Part shown: piece by piece, positions 13,414 through 27,711 of the stretch
How positions within the stretch are numbered: the stretch's first letter is position 1
Layout of the letters: every line of letters starts with the position of its first letter
Notes under the pieces: model-generated
Told to the model about the DNA's origin: nothing
The model's input: the letters and a program-made list of their open reading frames with translations, nothing else
Databases searched by the model: none
Assembly: GCA_964016885.1 (NCBI GenBank)
Contig: OZ024753.1
Coordinates: forward strand, 12,028,001 to 12,092,000
Direction of reading: 5' to 3'
DNA from: Eledone cirrhosa
Taxonomy: Eukaryota
DNA length: 64,000 bases
Made by a program: the position numbers and the translations under genes

Positions 13414-13962
13414 TATGTATAAACATTTCGTATATCCAAAGAAATACAGGTTTAGGAAGCCGTAGCCATGCAAATACCGGGAGGCTAAGGCCCTCTGGTG
13501 ATGTCCAGCAGAAGCAAGGGGGACAACGGTCTATGCATTTCAGGCTTAACTGGCCTTCGTCAGGACGGTCCCACCCACCGCTTGCGACTACTGGACTAGA
13601 TGACAGCTGAGAATATATACTTTTCTCGTCTGTGTAAATGAGGTGATTAATTTTTTTTGTTTTTCTTATTATAAGTTGAGCCAATTTATGCCGCTTCATA
13701 TGCAAAGGAGATTAATCACCTCATTTACACAGTCGAGAAAAGTATATATTCTCAGCTGTCTTCTAGTCCGGCAGTCGCAAGAGGTGGGAGGGACCGTCCT
13801 GACAAAGGTCAGTTAAGCCTGAAATGCATAGACGGTTGTCCCCCGTGCTTCTGCTGGACATCACTAGAGGGCGTTAGCCCCCCCCCCCCCCCCCCCCAGG
13901 TGTTTGCATAGCTACGGCTTCCTAAAACTGTATTTCTTTGGAGATACGAAATATTTATACAT
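13414..13962. mobile_element. Fold-back element: ~240 bp inverted arms, ~60 bp spacer, a hammerhead motif in each arm (inverted pLTR pair)
   Basis: 13414-13651 is the diverged reverse complement of 13711-13962. Confidence 0.8.
13526..13569 (-). ncRNA. Minimal type I hammerhead ribozyme motif (canonical core)
   Basis: ACCGTC-CTGACGA-AGGC(CAGTTAA)GCCT-GAAA-TGCA-TA-GACCGT. The mirror copy at 13793-13836 (+) has perfect stem I ACCGTC/GACGGT but core CTGACAA. Confidence 0.75.
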
Positions 13963-13993
13963 ATTGTATAAAGCTATGCTTGAAGCGAAATCC

Positions 13994-14040
<47 letters not shown>

Positions 14041-15034
14041 TATTTGAAATAATGAAATGAAGATGTTGTATAGGTTTTCTATCACTTTATCCATAACTCA
14101 ACGTGATTGCTCCAAGTAAAAAGAAAAAAACAAAAATCTCTTATTTGTTGGTTTCTTCGGTATTAGTCAGTTCGCAGTAACAACTTGCAAGAAAATATAC
14201 GTTACTTCAATGCCGTCGGCTAATTACTGTTGTTTCGTAAATATTCGTCTTACATTGAATTTTTACGGTTGTACACAGCAAAGCCGTAATGTGACAATTT
14301 CTCGTGAGGATATTTTTATTTTGTTTTAGTTTGCTTTTGGTTTTGCTTAACTCTTTCACTTCTTTCGCACAACCTGATGATATAAATGTACGCAATTACT
14401 GTAAATTCTTGCAGTCTATAACGATTGCATTGTTGCACATACATACTCAGGCTTTTTTCTACATTTTCCTTCATGCTAACATTGATATATAATTAGAGAA
14501 TTGAATATATCAGGAACGAATTCAATACTGAAACTGCAAAAGAAAAAAAAGAAAAAAGGAAATATCTAATCTTTACTTCTTACAGTAACTAATTCTAATG
14601 GCGTCATTAATTACGTTGGCCTTTAAAAATGAATTATGATCTCCTGGTGTTCACATACAATGGCATATTACTGCTAATATATTAAAAATGTTAAAGGTGA
14701 AATTTTTTTAGTGTTATCACGATATGAATCTATATAACGTGATTTCATTTTCTTTCATTTCAATAATAAAATGAATGATAATAGGTGTAAAATTCAGTAC
14801 ATACCTGAAGAATGATTGTGTGGTTTAAAATAAAGGCGACCCATGAGAAGTAATTCAAGAGAGCTAGGGGCATGGATTATATATTTTTAGGTATTTAGAT
14901 GTTGAGTGACAAGACATTTGGCCATGATCGTTTGTGATTTCAGAGCCTGGAGGTGAGGTTACTGTATAGATTGCACCGTGACAAGGTAGACACTTTCACA
15001 TACCTACATTATATACACATCCTAATTGTTTATA

Positions 15035-15280
15035 CTTTCGACACAAGTCCAGGTTAATCCCCAGTGCATTACTGATACATTATTTTATCGACCTCGGCAG
15101 GATTTGAACTCAGACCGTAATGGACTATATCTCTATGCTGCAAAGCAGGGTGTCTGATGCTCTACTGATACTGCCAAACCACTAATAATAATTATTTCTA
15201 CTTTTTGCTCAATGCCAGGTTATACCCCAGTGCATTACTGGTACTATATTTTATCTACCCCAATAGGGATGAATGTATAA
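15035..15280 (-). mobile_element. Two SINE family A copies (diverged)
   Basis: ccagtgcattactg, ttttatcgacctcggcaggatttgaactcag. Confidence 0.75.
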
Positions 15281-15499
15281 CCGAAGGTTACGATGTATTT
15301 CACAGAGTAAGAGACTGACCAGCTGCAATGGTTGTTGAAGAGGTGTTACCGAGTACGAGTGTTGAATGAGATAGTTCACTGCTCTAGGACTTACACACAT
15401 ATGTGTCAGCGTGTTGTATATGTGCATATACATACATTTATATGTATGAATATATAAATATAAACACGTAAACATACACACTTACAAAAATACACATAC

Positions 15500-16040
15500 A
15501 CATAAATTCACCGCAACACATACACATAAATTCATCCCAACATAGACACACACACATAAATTCATCCCAACACACACACATAAATTCATCCCAACACACA
15601 CACATAAATTCATCCCAACACACACACATAAATTCATCCCAACACACACACATAAATTCATCCCAACACACACACATAAATTCATCCCAACACACACACA
15701 CAAATTCATCCCAACAGACACACAAATTCATCCCAACAGACACACAAATTCATCCCAACAGACACACAAATTCATCCCAACACACACATAAATTCATCCC
15801 AACATACACACACATAAATTCATCCCAACATACACACACATAAATTCATCCCAACATACACACACATAAATTCATCCCAACATACACACACACAAACATA
15901 AATTCATCCCAACATACATACACACATAAATTCATCCCAAGATACACACACACACATAAATTCATCCCAACACACATAAATTCATCCCAACACACACAAA
16001 TTCATCCCGACACACGCATAAATTCATCACAACAGACACT
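15500..16040. repeat. 20-26 bp minisatellite (cacacacataaattcatcccaa)
   Basis: More than 20 units directly visible. Confidence 0.95.
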
Positions 16041-16350
16041 GCAAACTCTGCTAACAGTATTGCAATCGCTTGTCAAATTCGGATGTGGAACGCTCAGATG
16101 AAGCTTTTCAAACCTGCTAGAGACTTGCACTCCTTCGCACATTGACCACAACTATGGATCTCCCTGGCTTCAGATTTTGCATCAGGTTGCTCGTGAACCC
16201 TCACAACACCGTGAAGATCATAGTTCACTGGTTCTCTTTGAACAGGGCTGCGACTGTGGTTCCTGAGACCAGATCGACTCAAGCTACTTTTTCCTCACTC
16301 AGGGCACTTCAGTTCAATGAAGATCCCAATCGTTTCGAGATATACACAAG
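16040..16350 (-). pseudogene. 3' end of zinc-finger-bearing RTE-like LINE
   Basis: SRSGLRNHSRS...[18 protein letters not shown], homologous to the 29525-30028 product. Confidence 0.65.
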
Positions 16351-16508
16351 GGCATTGCTTACACACATCCCGTTTTATTTTCTTGTGCTCTGTGCGTTTT
16401 TCCTGAAATTATGGACCCATCATTCTCCATTACACGCCAAGTTTCCCTTACAAGAGCTCTGTATGTATGTATGTATGTATGTATGTATGTATGTATGTAT
16501 GTATGTAT

Positions 16509-17048
16509 GTTTCTTGGTGAGGAGGGTGACTTTGGACATCCTGCAGGACTAAAAACAAAACCTGTCAAAGGGCAAGGGAGGTCTTAAGAGTCAATAGCCA
16601 TCCAAAATCACTGGGAGAGATGACCCCTTAGCCTTTGTCAAGGCAGAATTCTAGGAGAAGGAAAACTCTGATATAACACCTGCAACCCTGATGGTATCCA
16701 ATGATGTTGACTTGTTCTTCTTTTTGGTAAATATCATCTTGGTTAAGAGAGTGGGACTGGCTTTGTGCAGTGCCTTTGCTCACTATAAAAGCTTCACAGC
16801 ACAGGCATTGCTTTATATCTGGAGATCTCTCTGCACTTGTCATCACATGGTACCATGGGCCCTGCACTATGTGTCAATAATGGTCACAAGTGTAGTCTTT
16901 GTACCAGAGTTTTCAAGTCGCTGGCTGGACTAAAAAGTCACATTCGTTCAGCGCATCGGTAGGGGTTCTCCTACATGGATATAAAGTAGTGGCCGTACTC
17001 GAAAACGAGTTGGCAGCCACCATGTATGTATGTATGTATGTATGTATG
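16509..17048 (+). mobile_element. 5'-truncated copy of ~590 bp non-autonomous RTE-derived element with (TATG)n tail
   Basis: Highly similar to 17149-17686. Confidence 0.85.
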
Positions 17049-17060
17049 TTATGTCAGGTC

Positions 17061-17686
17061 ACCAGTTGGTGCTACTGGTAACATGTATCCCAGTACAACC
17101 TGACCCATGGTCGGGTCGTTGGCGACTAAACTGGCAACCCCACCAAGGTTTCTTGGTGAGGAGGGTGACTTTGGACATCCTGCAGGACTAAAAACAAAAC
17201 CTGTCAAAGGGCAAAGGAGCTCTTAAGAGTCAATGGCCATCCAAAATCACCGGGAGAGATGACCCTTTAGCCTTTGTCAAGGCAGAATTCTAGGAGATGG
17301 AAAACTCTGATATAACACCTGCAACCCTGATGGTATCCAATGATGTTGACTTGTTCTTCTTTTTGGTAAATATCATCTTGGTTAAGAGAGTGGGACTGGC
17401 TTTGTGCAGTGCCTTTGCTCACTATAAAAGCTTCACGGCACAGGCATTGCTTTATATCTGGAGATCTCTCTGCACTTGTCGTCACAGGGTACCATGGGCC
17501 CAGCACTATGTGTCACAAGTGTAGTGTTTGTACCAGAGTTTTCAAGTCGCTGGCTGGACTAAAAAGTCACTCGTTCAGCGCATCGGTAGGGGTTCTCCTA
17601 TATGGATATAAAGTAGTGGCCGTACTCGAAAACGAGTTGGCAGCCACCATGTATGTATGTATGTATGTATGTATGTATGTATGTAT
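17061..17686 (+). mobile_element. Full ~590 bp non-autonomous RTE-derived element with (TATG)n tail
   Basis: Same 5' start (accagttggtgctactgg) as the minus copy at 36732-37305. The 3' part encodes [20 protein letters not shown]. Confidence 0.85.
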
Positions 17687-17744
17687 ACACACATAGTAAT
17701 TTGTTTAAAAAACGGAGTTATATCACTCTTCATTCTTAAACTTC

Positions 17745-18128
17745 GTGGATTTGCAGTAGCGGTAAAGGGTTGGACGCCATGCTTTGGAGCATAGTTACGC
17801 CCCTTTATGATCTGAGGTCAAATCTCGCGAGGTTAACTTTGCCTTTCATCCTTACAGGGTCGATAAAATAAAGTACCAGTAATACACTGGATATAATTGC
17901 TGGTCTTGTGCCAAAAGTAGAAACAATTATTAAACTTCAAGGATTAGCGGTAGATGGTCGGACGCCATGCTTTGCAGCAAAGGGTTACGGCCCTTTAGGA
18001 TCTGAGTTCAAGTCCCGCCGAGGTTAACTTTACATTTCATCCTTACGAGGTCGATTAAAAAAAGTACCTGTAATACACTGATATAATTGCTGGCGTTGTG
18101 CCAAAAGTAGAAACAATTATTAAACTTC
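17745..18128 (+). mobile_element. Tandem pair of SINE family A copies
   Basis: Two bodies separated and flanked by ttaaacttc (TSD-like). Confidence 0.85.
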
Positions 18129-18409
18129 AAGAGTGAATGTATTCCGAAGTTTCCCTGATTAAACACCATTGTAAGTGAGTAAGAAATTCAGGGCATGGCG
18201 TGTAGTTATTGAAAAGAAAATCTATTTTGATACATATATAAGCAGATATCAGATGTGAAACTAAAACGAATCAAATTTGACTTGAGAGCAGAATTTATCG
18301 AGAATTGATGCGTAGATTTCGAGCAAAAACTAACATACACCAAAAAATTAATAACAACAAATTATAAACATACAAAAACATATAAACATACACAGACATA
18401 TAAATATAC

Positions 18410-18411
18410 AG

Positions 18412-18451
<40 letters not shown>

Positions 18452-18487
18452 TACAATATTACATAGATATATCTCTATATTACACAC

Positions 18488-18530
<43 letters not shown>

Positions 18531-18981
18531 TATACACCTGTATTTTATATATATATACACTACTGTGTTATAGATATACATATACTACTGTATTACATAT
18601 ATATCATATATTACATATATATAGATATTACATGTATATAGATATTACATATATATAGATATTACATATATATAGATATTACATATATATAGATATTACA
18701 TATATATATATTACATATATATATATATTATATATATTGTATATATTACATATATATTATATATATATATTACATATATATATATATTATATATATTGTA
18801 TATATTACATATATATATATATATATATATATATTACATATATATATTATATATATATATTATATTTATATATATATATTATATATATATATTACATATA
18901 TATATATTATATATATTGTATATATTACATATATATATATATATATATATATATTACATATATATATATATATATATATAT

Positions 18982-19020
<39 letters not shown>

Positions 19021-19024
19021 CATA

Positions 19025-19056
<32 letters not shown>

Positions 19057-19730
19057 TACTTATATATATTATATATATATATTATATATATATATTATAT
19101 TTATATATATATATTATATATATATATATATATTATTTATATATATATATTATATATATATATATATTATATATATATTATATATATATATTATATATAT
19201 ATTATATATATATTATATATATTATATATTTATATTATATATATATTATATATTTATATTATATATATATTATATATATATTATATATATATTATATATA
19301 TTATATATTTATATTATATTTATATTATATATTTATATTATATATATATTATATATATATATTATATATATATTATATATATTATATATTTATATTATAT
19401 ATATATTATATATATATATTATATATATATTATATTATATATTTATATTATATATATATTATATATATATTATATATATAGATTATATATATATATATAC
19501 ATATTATATATTATTTATATATTATATATATATATTATATATATTACATATATAGATTATATATATATATACACATATATACATATTATATATTATCTTA
19601 TTATATATATATATTATATATATATTCACATATATACATATATATTATCTTGTATATATATATATATATATATATAATATATTATATATATACACATATA
19701 TACATATTATATATTATCTTATTATATATT
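18410..19730. repeat. Long degenerate (TA)n tract
   Basis: Directly visible. Confidence 0.95.
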
Positions 19731-20102
19731 AATAAAAATGTCGTCTACATAAAACTAGACGGTTCAGTCTAGCGAATATATTCGTGTATTCTCGAATGAA
19801 TATTGTATTTAATCGGATTTCAAACTATATGTATACTATGATACTCAAAAATATACGTATCTTAGATCTTTCAATTCTTTTATGTGTAAGCCATATGATA
19901 TGACGTCATGTTAGTATATATATATATTATTTACAGTCTTATCATTATATATATTATTATATATATATTATATATATATATTATAATAATAATAATAATA
20001 ATATTAAATGCTAAGACTGTAAATATATATATATATATGCGGAATAAATATATATATATATATGATGAATTTATGTGTGTGTGGCGGGGGGGTGATGGTT
20101 TT

Positions 20103-20143
<41 letters not shown>

Positions 20144-20169
20144 GCACTCAACCCCTCCCCCCATATATG

Positions 20170-20200
<31 letters not shown>

Positions 20201-20734
20201 ATGAGAGGAAGACATTACAGTGTCATAGGGAGTTACAGAAGTTAGTAGATAAATAACAATATCTTATACATTTCGTCTTTAAAACCTCTCTATACAAAAT
20301 TTTGAGAATTTTCAATACTCAGAAAAATATCTACAAAATATTGTATTCAGAATAACGTCTCATTCTAAAGAATATTAATGGTTAGGAAATGATATTTCAT
20401 AACCTACAAGACAATAGGTACATTTGGGTTTAAATTAGCTTTCATTCGTCACACGTAAGTTCGATTAAAATAGTTTTTATTGGGAAAATTTAGAAAGTGA
20501 AGACATAACCACGAACGGAAAGATAAGAAAACGAAACCAGTTTTTTGAGAGGACATCTTACAAATTATAAAAAAAAAAATAGAAGTTCGCTCGGAAGATA
20601 CATTTCGACCTCAACTAATTGCACAACTGGTCCATTGGTTTAAGAGACTAGTGACACACATTGTGAGAATAAATATATATATATATATATATATATTCCA
20701 TTTTGACGTTATAGTCACTTATATATTATGAAAT

Positions 20735-20871
20735 AGTTATGTCCCTTTACGATCTGAGTTCAAATCCCGCCGAGGTTAACTTTGCCTTTCATCCTTACAG
20801 GGTCGCTAAAATAAAGTACCAGTAATATACTGGAATAATTGCTGGCCTTTTGCCAAAAGTAGAAACAATTA
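20735..20871 (+). mobile_element. SINE family A, 5'-truncated
   Basis: ctgagttcaaatcccgccgaggttaactttgcctttcatcc...gtagaaacaatta. Confidence 0.85.
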
Positions 20872-20977
20872 TGAAATACTGTTGGCTTCACGCTCACAAT
20901 AATTTCTATACTTTCATTTATATATATATATATATATATATAATAAACATATCAAACATTGATATATTTGATATGTT

Positions 20978-21016
<39 letters not shown>

Positions 21017-21268
21017 AAGCGACTATTATTTTAATTTTATTAAATGCTCGGATTTATTCCCTAGAATCTTGAGTTTACTCTACAGCTGATAAGGTGTGCT
21101 CTGATATTCTCAGACATGACCTCTTTAATTTAATTTTGTTAGTATCTATATATCTATCACTGTCTCTCACTCTCTCTCTCTCTATATATATATACCAACA
21201 AAATTAAATTAAAGATGTCATGTTTGAGACTATCATAAACATGCGCCATTACAGCTGTTCATTAAGCT

Positions 21269-21329
<61 letters not shown>

Positions 21330-21412
21330 AAAGTAGAAAAGAATAACAAGGAGTACAGCTCCGGAAAGTGATTGGTATTAGGGTCACTATATATATATAT
21401 ACATATGTATAT

Positions 21413-21720
21413 TGTATAAATACAGTTTCTTACACTTAAAGTGTATGTGTGATCATTGGTTTCGGGGTTCAGTTATGGCCACTTCTGTATATTGGAGGAG
21501 CTTCTTTTAATCTGGTCCTTCATTTGATCACGTGAACAGATATCTGGCCCCGAAACCAATGCTTGCACATATATGTTAAGTTTATGAAACTTTGTTTATA
21601 ATAAAATAAGCTCTCTTGCAACAGATTGAGTTTATGAAACTTTGTTTATAATAAAATAAGCTCTCTTGCAACAGATTGAACAATGTTTTACTTGATCCTT
21701 CCTCTCTGGATTTTGTGTGT
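21413..21720 (+). mobile_element. Fold-back insert with tail, second copy at ~22233-22445
   Basis: Imperfect arms acagtttcttacacttaaa..gtgtgatcattggtttcgggg / ccccgaaaccaatgcttgcaca..ttaagtttatgaaact. Internal ~40 bp tandem duplication at 21578-21678. Confidence 0.55.
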
Positions 21721-21739
21721 GACACAAACACACACACAA

Positions 21740-21771
<32 letters not shown>

Positions 21772-21895
21772 ACATCCAAATATAACAATATATATATATA
21801 TATAGTCTATCAAAGTTCTTTCGTCACACATCTTTGACATCATCAGTTGCATTATTGTTTCCTCCGTTGTATTATAATGACTGCGCCATTTTATG

Positions 21896-21937
<42 letters not shown>

Positions 21938-21943
<6 letters not shown>

Positions 21944-22192
21944 GGTATGACCCCGACGGCAGAGCTCAAGCCGTTTCGACGGCTATTTCTAGACTAAATT
22001 AGAATGTTTAGCCTAGTAAATAAGTTTTTATTTACCAGGCTAAAGATTCTAATTTAGTCTAGAAATAGCCGTCGAAACGGCTTGAGCTCTGCCGTCGGGG
22101 TCATACCTTTTCCTATTACCGACTCTGCTACTCTAATTATTGAGTACTCTGGTGCTTTATGGTCCATTTGGTTCCTTACAACAATACCTTCG

Positions 22193-22194
<2 letters not shown>
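21938..22194 (+). mobile_element. gccgtcgaaacggc hairpin-plus-tail element in (TA)n
   Basis: About 85 bp inverted arms followed by an unpaired ~80 bp tail ending ccttcgtt. Confidence 0.85.
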
Positions 22195-22234
<40 letters not shown>

Positions 22235-22484
22235 GTAAAAACAGTTTCTTACACTTTAAATGTATGTGTGACCATTGGATTTAGGGGCCTTTATAGCCAT
22301 AACTGTATATTGGATGAGCCGCTTCATTTGAGTAAGTGAACAGACGCCTCTGGACCCCGGAACCTATGGTCGCCCATAGATATTAACTGTATGAAACTGT
22401 CAGATGCAGCACTCTTTTTCTTGATCCTTCGTCTCCGGATGTCAACACACGCACACATATAAACAGACCCACACAGACACACAT

Positions 22485-22515
<31 letters not shown>

Positions 22516-22551
22516 CACACACACACATATATATACACACACACACAGATG

Positions 22552-22655
<104 letters not shown>

Positions 22656-22761
22656 TATATAGATATACACAGATATATAGATATACACAGATATATAGAT
22701 ATACACAGATATATAGATATATACATATATATACACATACACACACATATATATATATATG

Positions 22762-23000
22762 TTGAAAGAGTGAAGAATAACATGGTCAACAGTACAAAAA
22801 CGGGTTTTATTTCCAGTCTGACAATTGTTTCACTGATTAAGTTGTCTAAACATTACTGAACACTTGGAGCTGTGCCACTCAATTTTAAATACGTTGTTAG
22901 CTTAACCATCCATAGCCGTACGCTAAGACTCTCCATAATACGAAGATTTCACAACCTCTAACTGGATTACATATAACAATATTTTGTTATCCCTTATACA
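22762..23000 (+). mobile_element. Deleted copy of the 60689-61100 fold-back family
   Basis: gaataacatggtcaacagtacaaaa...gtgccactcaattttaaatacg...ttcacaacctctaactggattac shared with 60689-61100. Confidence 0.7.
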
Positions 23001-23019
23001 TATATATATATATATATAT

Positions 23020-23270
23020 ATAATAGAAAACGAAAGAGCAGTGATGCATCTGAACTCAATTTATTGTGTGCTACAAATGTATCGCCGACGGACAGCTTGA
23101 GACGCGATCATAGTGTGGATCTGTCTGATTCTGGACCTGCAGGTTCGACGGACAAGTCTATTGAATTAGGAGCATATCTTCTCAGATGCACCACTGATGT
23201 TTCGTTTTCTATTATATCATACTCTACCCTGTAAGAGCAGAGAGTGCTCAACCGGCATACTGCCTATGAA
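23020..23270. mobile_element. Fold-back insert, family shared with 55238-55475
   Basis: Arms ataatagaaaacgaaa..gtgatgcatctga / tcagatgcaccac..tttcgttttctattat. Confidence 0.65.
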
Positions 23271-23359
23271 AGGATCTTAGCGACTATCAGACGCACGCAC
23301 GCACGCGCACACACACTGTATATATATTATATATATATACATACATCCAAATATAACAA

Positions 23360-23406
<47 letters not shown>

Positions 23407-23411
23407 ATATA

Positions 23412-23655
23412 TTTGGGGAGGGTCATATTGTTATATTGCTAGAAATAACAGAACACTCACTGTTTGGTTTGGATTGGTTTTCGCTTCTGTATATTTTATA
23501 TCTTCATAGTTAATTTATCTGGCTAATTTATCAAAGTTTATCATTGATTGACCAACGGTTAAAAATAGATATAAATATATATATATATATATATATGTAT
23601 ATAGCCTATGAAAGTTCTTTCGTCACACATATGTGACATCATCAGTGGTATTATA
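23412..23655 (-). mobile_element. PLE pLTR relic with hammerhead motif
   Basis: Minus strand CTGATGA-T-GTCAC-ATATGT-GTGAC-GAAA-GAAC-TT at ~23645-23612. A similar motif lies at 21846-21813. Confidence 0.7.
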
Positions 23656-24221
23656 TATATAGTATATATATATATATATGAGAATGTATGTGCATATATA
23701 TATGTATATATGTGAAGATATGTATATATATATATATATAAAAAAAATTTCTTTCAAGTTTCCTGTTACGCCATGTATGTTTATTGCTCTTCCCCATATT
23801 CTTTTATTGTTGTTTCTATGCCGTATTTCCCTGGTATTTCTTCCAAACATTATCATATTCGTTGATAATTCTATATCACCTTATCATGATATCACAGTAA
23901 ATTTAATTTAGAGATATCTAAAGAAATATTAACTGTTTAGTTTACCTCTATAGGTATCAGTCTATGTTTATATTCATTCTAACTGATTGTGTCCGTTATT
24001 CCAAAATGTTTGCTTTTCTTCTTATCAGGCAAGAGGAAGGATTTAGTTAAAACGTGGTAGATAACAGACAAATATATCATATATGGTAGCGTAGTTGTGG
24101 GAAAATTGTGGCCAGAAAGTCACATGAGGCCCGTTTTGTTTTCTAAATGGCACTTCTAATTTCAAAATAGGCATAAATGTTTGTAGTAGTGCGACTCGCT
24201 TTTGTTGATCCACATCCTAAG

Positions 24222-24617
24222 CGGCCTACTGTTCAGAAATCGGCCTACTGTTCAGAAATCGGCGTACCGTTCAGAAATCGGCCTACTGTTGAGAAATCGG
24301 CCTACTATTGAGAAATCGGCTCACTGTTCAGATAATGGCCTACTGTTCAGATAATGGCCTACTGTTCAGATAATGGCCTACTGTTCAGATAATGGCCTAC
24401 TGTTCAGATAATGGCCTACTGTTCAGATAATGGACTACTGTTCAGATAATGGCCTACTGTTCAGATAATGGCCTACTGTTCAGAAAGCGGCCTACTGTTC
24501 AGAAAGCGGCCTACCGTTCAGAAATCGGCCTACTATTGAGAAATCGGCCTACTGTTCAGATAATGGTCTACTGTTCAGATAATGGCCTACTGTTCAGATA
24601 ATGGCCTACTGTTCAGA
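24222..24617. repeat. 19 bp minisatellite (ggcctactgttcagataat)
   Basis: About 21 units. Confidence 0.95.
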
Positions 24618-25074
24618 ATATAGCGCTCATGCCTGTAGGAGAGCATCTATGTCAGTAAAATAACTTTCAATAGTTTAACATCCTCCAAATTCCTTCGTGT
24701 TTTTTTTTAATTTTAGCGTAACTGAAGTCGACAAAACTAAGACGATGTGTTTATACTAAGGCGCATCCTTATAAGTGTTTCATATTAAATTGTATATATA
24801 ATCGAACAAGAGAGTTGTAAGAGGTATCATATAGCCTACATAACAAACATGCATGTACACTTAAGTAGAGGCTGTCTGCCACACTCTCGCTTTCCCTAGC
24901 CCTATCTCTCTCAATACACACACATAGATATAGACACATACAGTGCCACAGACAAGCAGTCACACACAGACACACTCACACAGTCATATATATATATAGC
25001 GTCGTCAAGTATGAAAATTTGTAAAAATTTGTTTTTCGGTACAAATTTCTACAAATGTCATATTTGACGACGAT

Positions 25075-25230
25075 ATATATATATTTATTTATATATATAT
25101 ATATTTATTTATATTTATATATATTTATATATATTTATATATATATATTTATATATATATATTTATATATATATATTTATTTATATATATATTTATTTAT
25201 ATATATATTTATTTATATATAATATTTATT

Positions 25231-25261
<31 letters not shown>

Positions 25262-25797
25262 ATTTATATATATATATATTTATATTTATATTATATATAT
25301 ATATATATATTTATTTATATATATATTATATATATATATATATTTATATATATTTATATATATATATATTTATATATATATATTTATATATAATATATTT
25401 ATATATATATATTTATATTTATATATATTTATATATATATATATTTATATATATATATATTTATATATATATATATTTATATATTTATATATATTTATAT
25501 ATTTATATATATTTATTTATATATATTTATTTATATATATTTATTTATATATATTTATTTATATATATATATATTTATATATGTATATATTTATATATGT
25601 ATTTATTTATATATATTTATTTATATATATTTATTTATATATATATAGTAATAATAATAAATTTGAAGACTAAAATCCATAAGGATAAATATATATCAAA
25701 TATATAAGAACCGTAGAAGAAGATCCGGTTAAGGGTGAAAGCAGTGATTCTTTGCTTAAACTTTAATCTGTTATTTTAATAAATAAATATATATATT

Positions 25798-25832
<35 letters not shown>

Positions 25833-25939
25833 ATGTATATATATATGTATGTATATATATGTATATATATATATGTATATATTTATATATGTATATATTT
25901 ATATATGTATATATTTATGTATATTTATACATGTATATT

Positions 25940-25970
<31 letters not shown>

Positions 25971-26007
25971 ATTTATATATATATATATATATTTATATAT
26001 ATACATT

Positions 26008-26040
<33 letters not shown>

Positions 26041-26070
26041 ATTTATATATATATATATATGTATATACAT
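25075..26070. repeat. (TA)n/(TTTA) tract with a ~130 bp unique insert at 25660-25790
   Basis: Directly visible. Confidence 0.9.
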
Positions 26071-26713
26071 ACATCTAGGCATGCACACACATAAACACAT
26101 ATATATATAAATTATATAATTTGTATAATCACACAGGTACGCTCACACTAAAAGACACATACCAGAGACGCACATATATACACATAAATTCTATGAACTC
26201 TATGCCAAAATTTTCTTCCTTTGATGTCTATAGATATTCTTTTATATATTTATTTCTATTAATGCGTTTTGTATATTAGAAAATAAAAAATATATATATA
26301 TATCCTTTGATATATATGCTATATCCGTTTTTCTATCTTTTAAATCCTAAATATTTAAAAATGTAATAATAAATGCAGTAACGATATTAGCAACAACAAT
26401 AAAATACAATAACAAATATATATATAAAAATATTTAACTAAGGAGGAAAGAAAAATGTGAAAAAAATGAAAAAAAAGGAAGCTGAAACAGCAGTGGGTGC
26501 AAATTGTAGAAAAACATCATAACAACTTCCATTAGAAGCTCAACAGTAACACAATGCCAAGTATCACCGTCGGCTTTATCAATATATAGAAACAAATCGG
26601 TTTGATCTGTGACAGTCAACTGAAATATTGTGTATAAAAATATTTTGAATGTCTGTAGAATAGAACCAACCGATTACAGCATAGTGTTGGTACAACTAAT
26701 GCTGGTGCTGCTG

Positions 26714-26747
<34 letters not shown>

Positions 26748-26872
26748 GATTTCTACTATTACAACTCATTCCCTCTCGCTCTCCCCATCTCTTACGATTA
26801 TAAACAAATTGGGCCCCCATTGGCTGGCCGCCTTGCGGCCCTGGTGGACAGAATATAGGAGGCGTTTTACAG

Positions 26873-26952
26873 GAGAATGGTGAAGGAGACACGTTGGAAA
26901 AGACATTCCAGCGCGTGAGGCTCACATCTGCGGGTAGCCAACATGTCGATAT
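26873..26952 (+). other. Candidate exon in a GC-enriched island
   Basis: Strong donor GTAAGT at 26953. Either an internal exon after ttttacAG (26872), open as ENGEGDTLEKTFQRVRLTSAGSQHVD, or a first exon with gccaacATG (26943) and an upstream ATTGG box at ~26819. Confidence 0.35.
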
Positions 26953-27559
26953 GTAAGTATTTGGTGAGGGTGCGTTCTAAGTTTTTTTTTTTTTTTCCTG
27001 TACTGTGTGGTGAGGTGAAGCAAAATATAAAAAAAAATGTTCTTTGTCATTATTTGCGTTTTTCTATTTCCTCTCCCTATTACTTCGAGATTTGGAGGTA
27101 CTCAAGCCTGAAAAATGCAGTTCGGATAGGGGTGGAAATGTTTGTGAGTTCCTGTTTAAAGAAGAGATGAGACAGAGGGGGATAGAAGGATGTGCTGGAT
27201 TGGTCTCTCGGTTGAATTGTTTAATGTTTTTTTTCTGCTGCTTATGTTGGTGGTGGTGTTGTTGTTGTTGTTGATGGTGGTGGTGGTGGTGGTGGTACAG
27301 CTGTTATTTCTGCTGTTGGTTCTGCTACCCTCAACTGTGTTAGAGATCTGTATCCAGTTATATTCGTGTATCGTGATTAATCGTAGTCAGCCGGTACATA
27401 TTTCCAGAAGAAATTATCCGGTGTTAGTATTCTGTATTCTGTAGATGACATTAAATTAAGTGTTATATTTTTTATTACAAAACATTAATCGTCGTACAGT
27501 TTTTGACTAAAAGCTGTACTTCCACGTAAAGGAAGTAATCTGCAAAACGAAGCCTATTA

Positions 27560-27711
27560 CAGTGAACTTCCGTTATAACGAAATTCACGTGGTATAAAAA
27601 ATCGTAACGAAAAGTTCTTTATAACGAAATCGACTTAACACATTGAGCGTGGCCTGGGATTGAAACAAATTTCGATATACTGAAAAATTCATTATAACGG
27701 AATTTTACCTG
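27560..27711. mobile_element. Tigger/pogo-like MITE
   Basis: TA|cagtgaacttccgttataacgaa ... ttcattataacggaattttacctg|TA: imperfect TIRs and TA TSD. Confidence 0.7.

Noticed and set aside
24222-24617. CRISPR-like regular repeat (also 15500-16040 and 35880-36290)
   Set aside because: Head-to-tail units without unique spacers, eukaryotic context, no cas genes.
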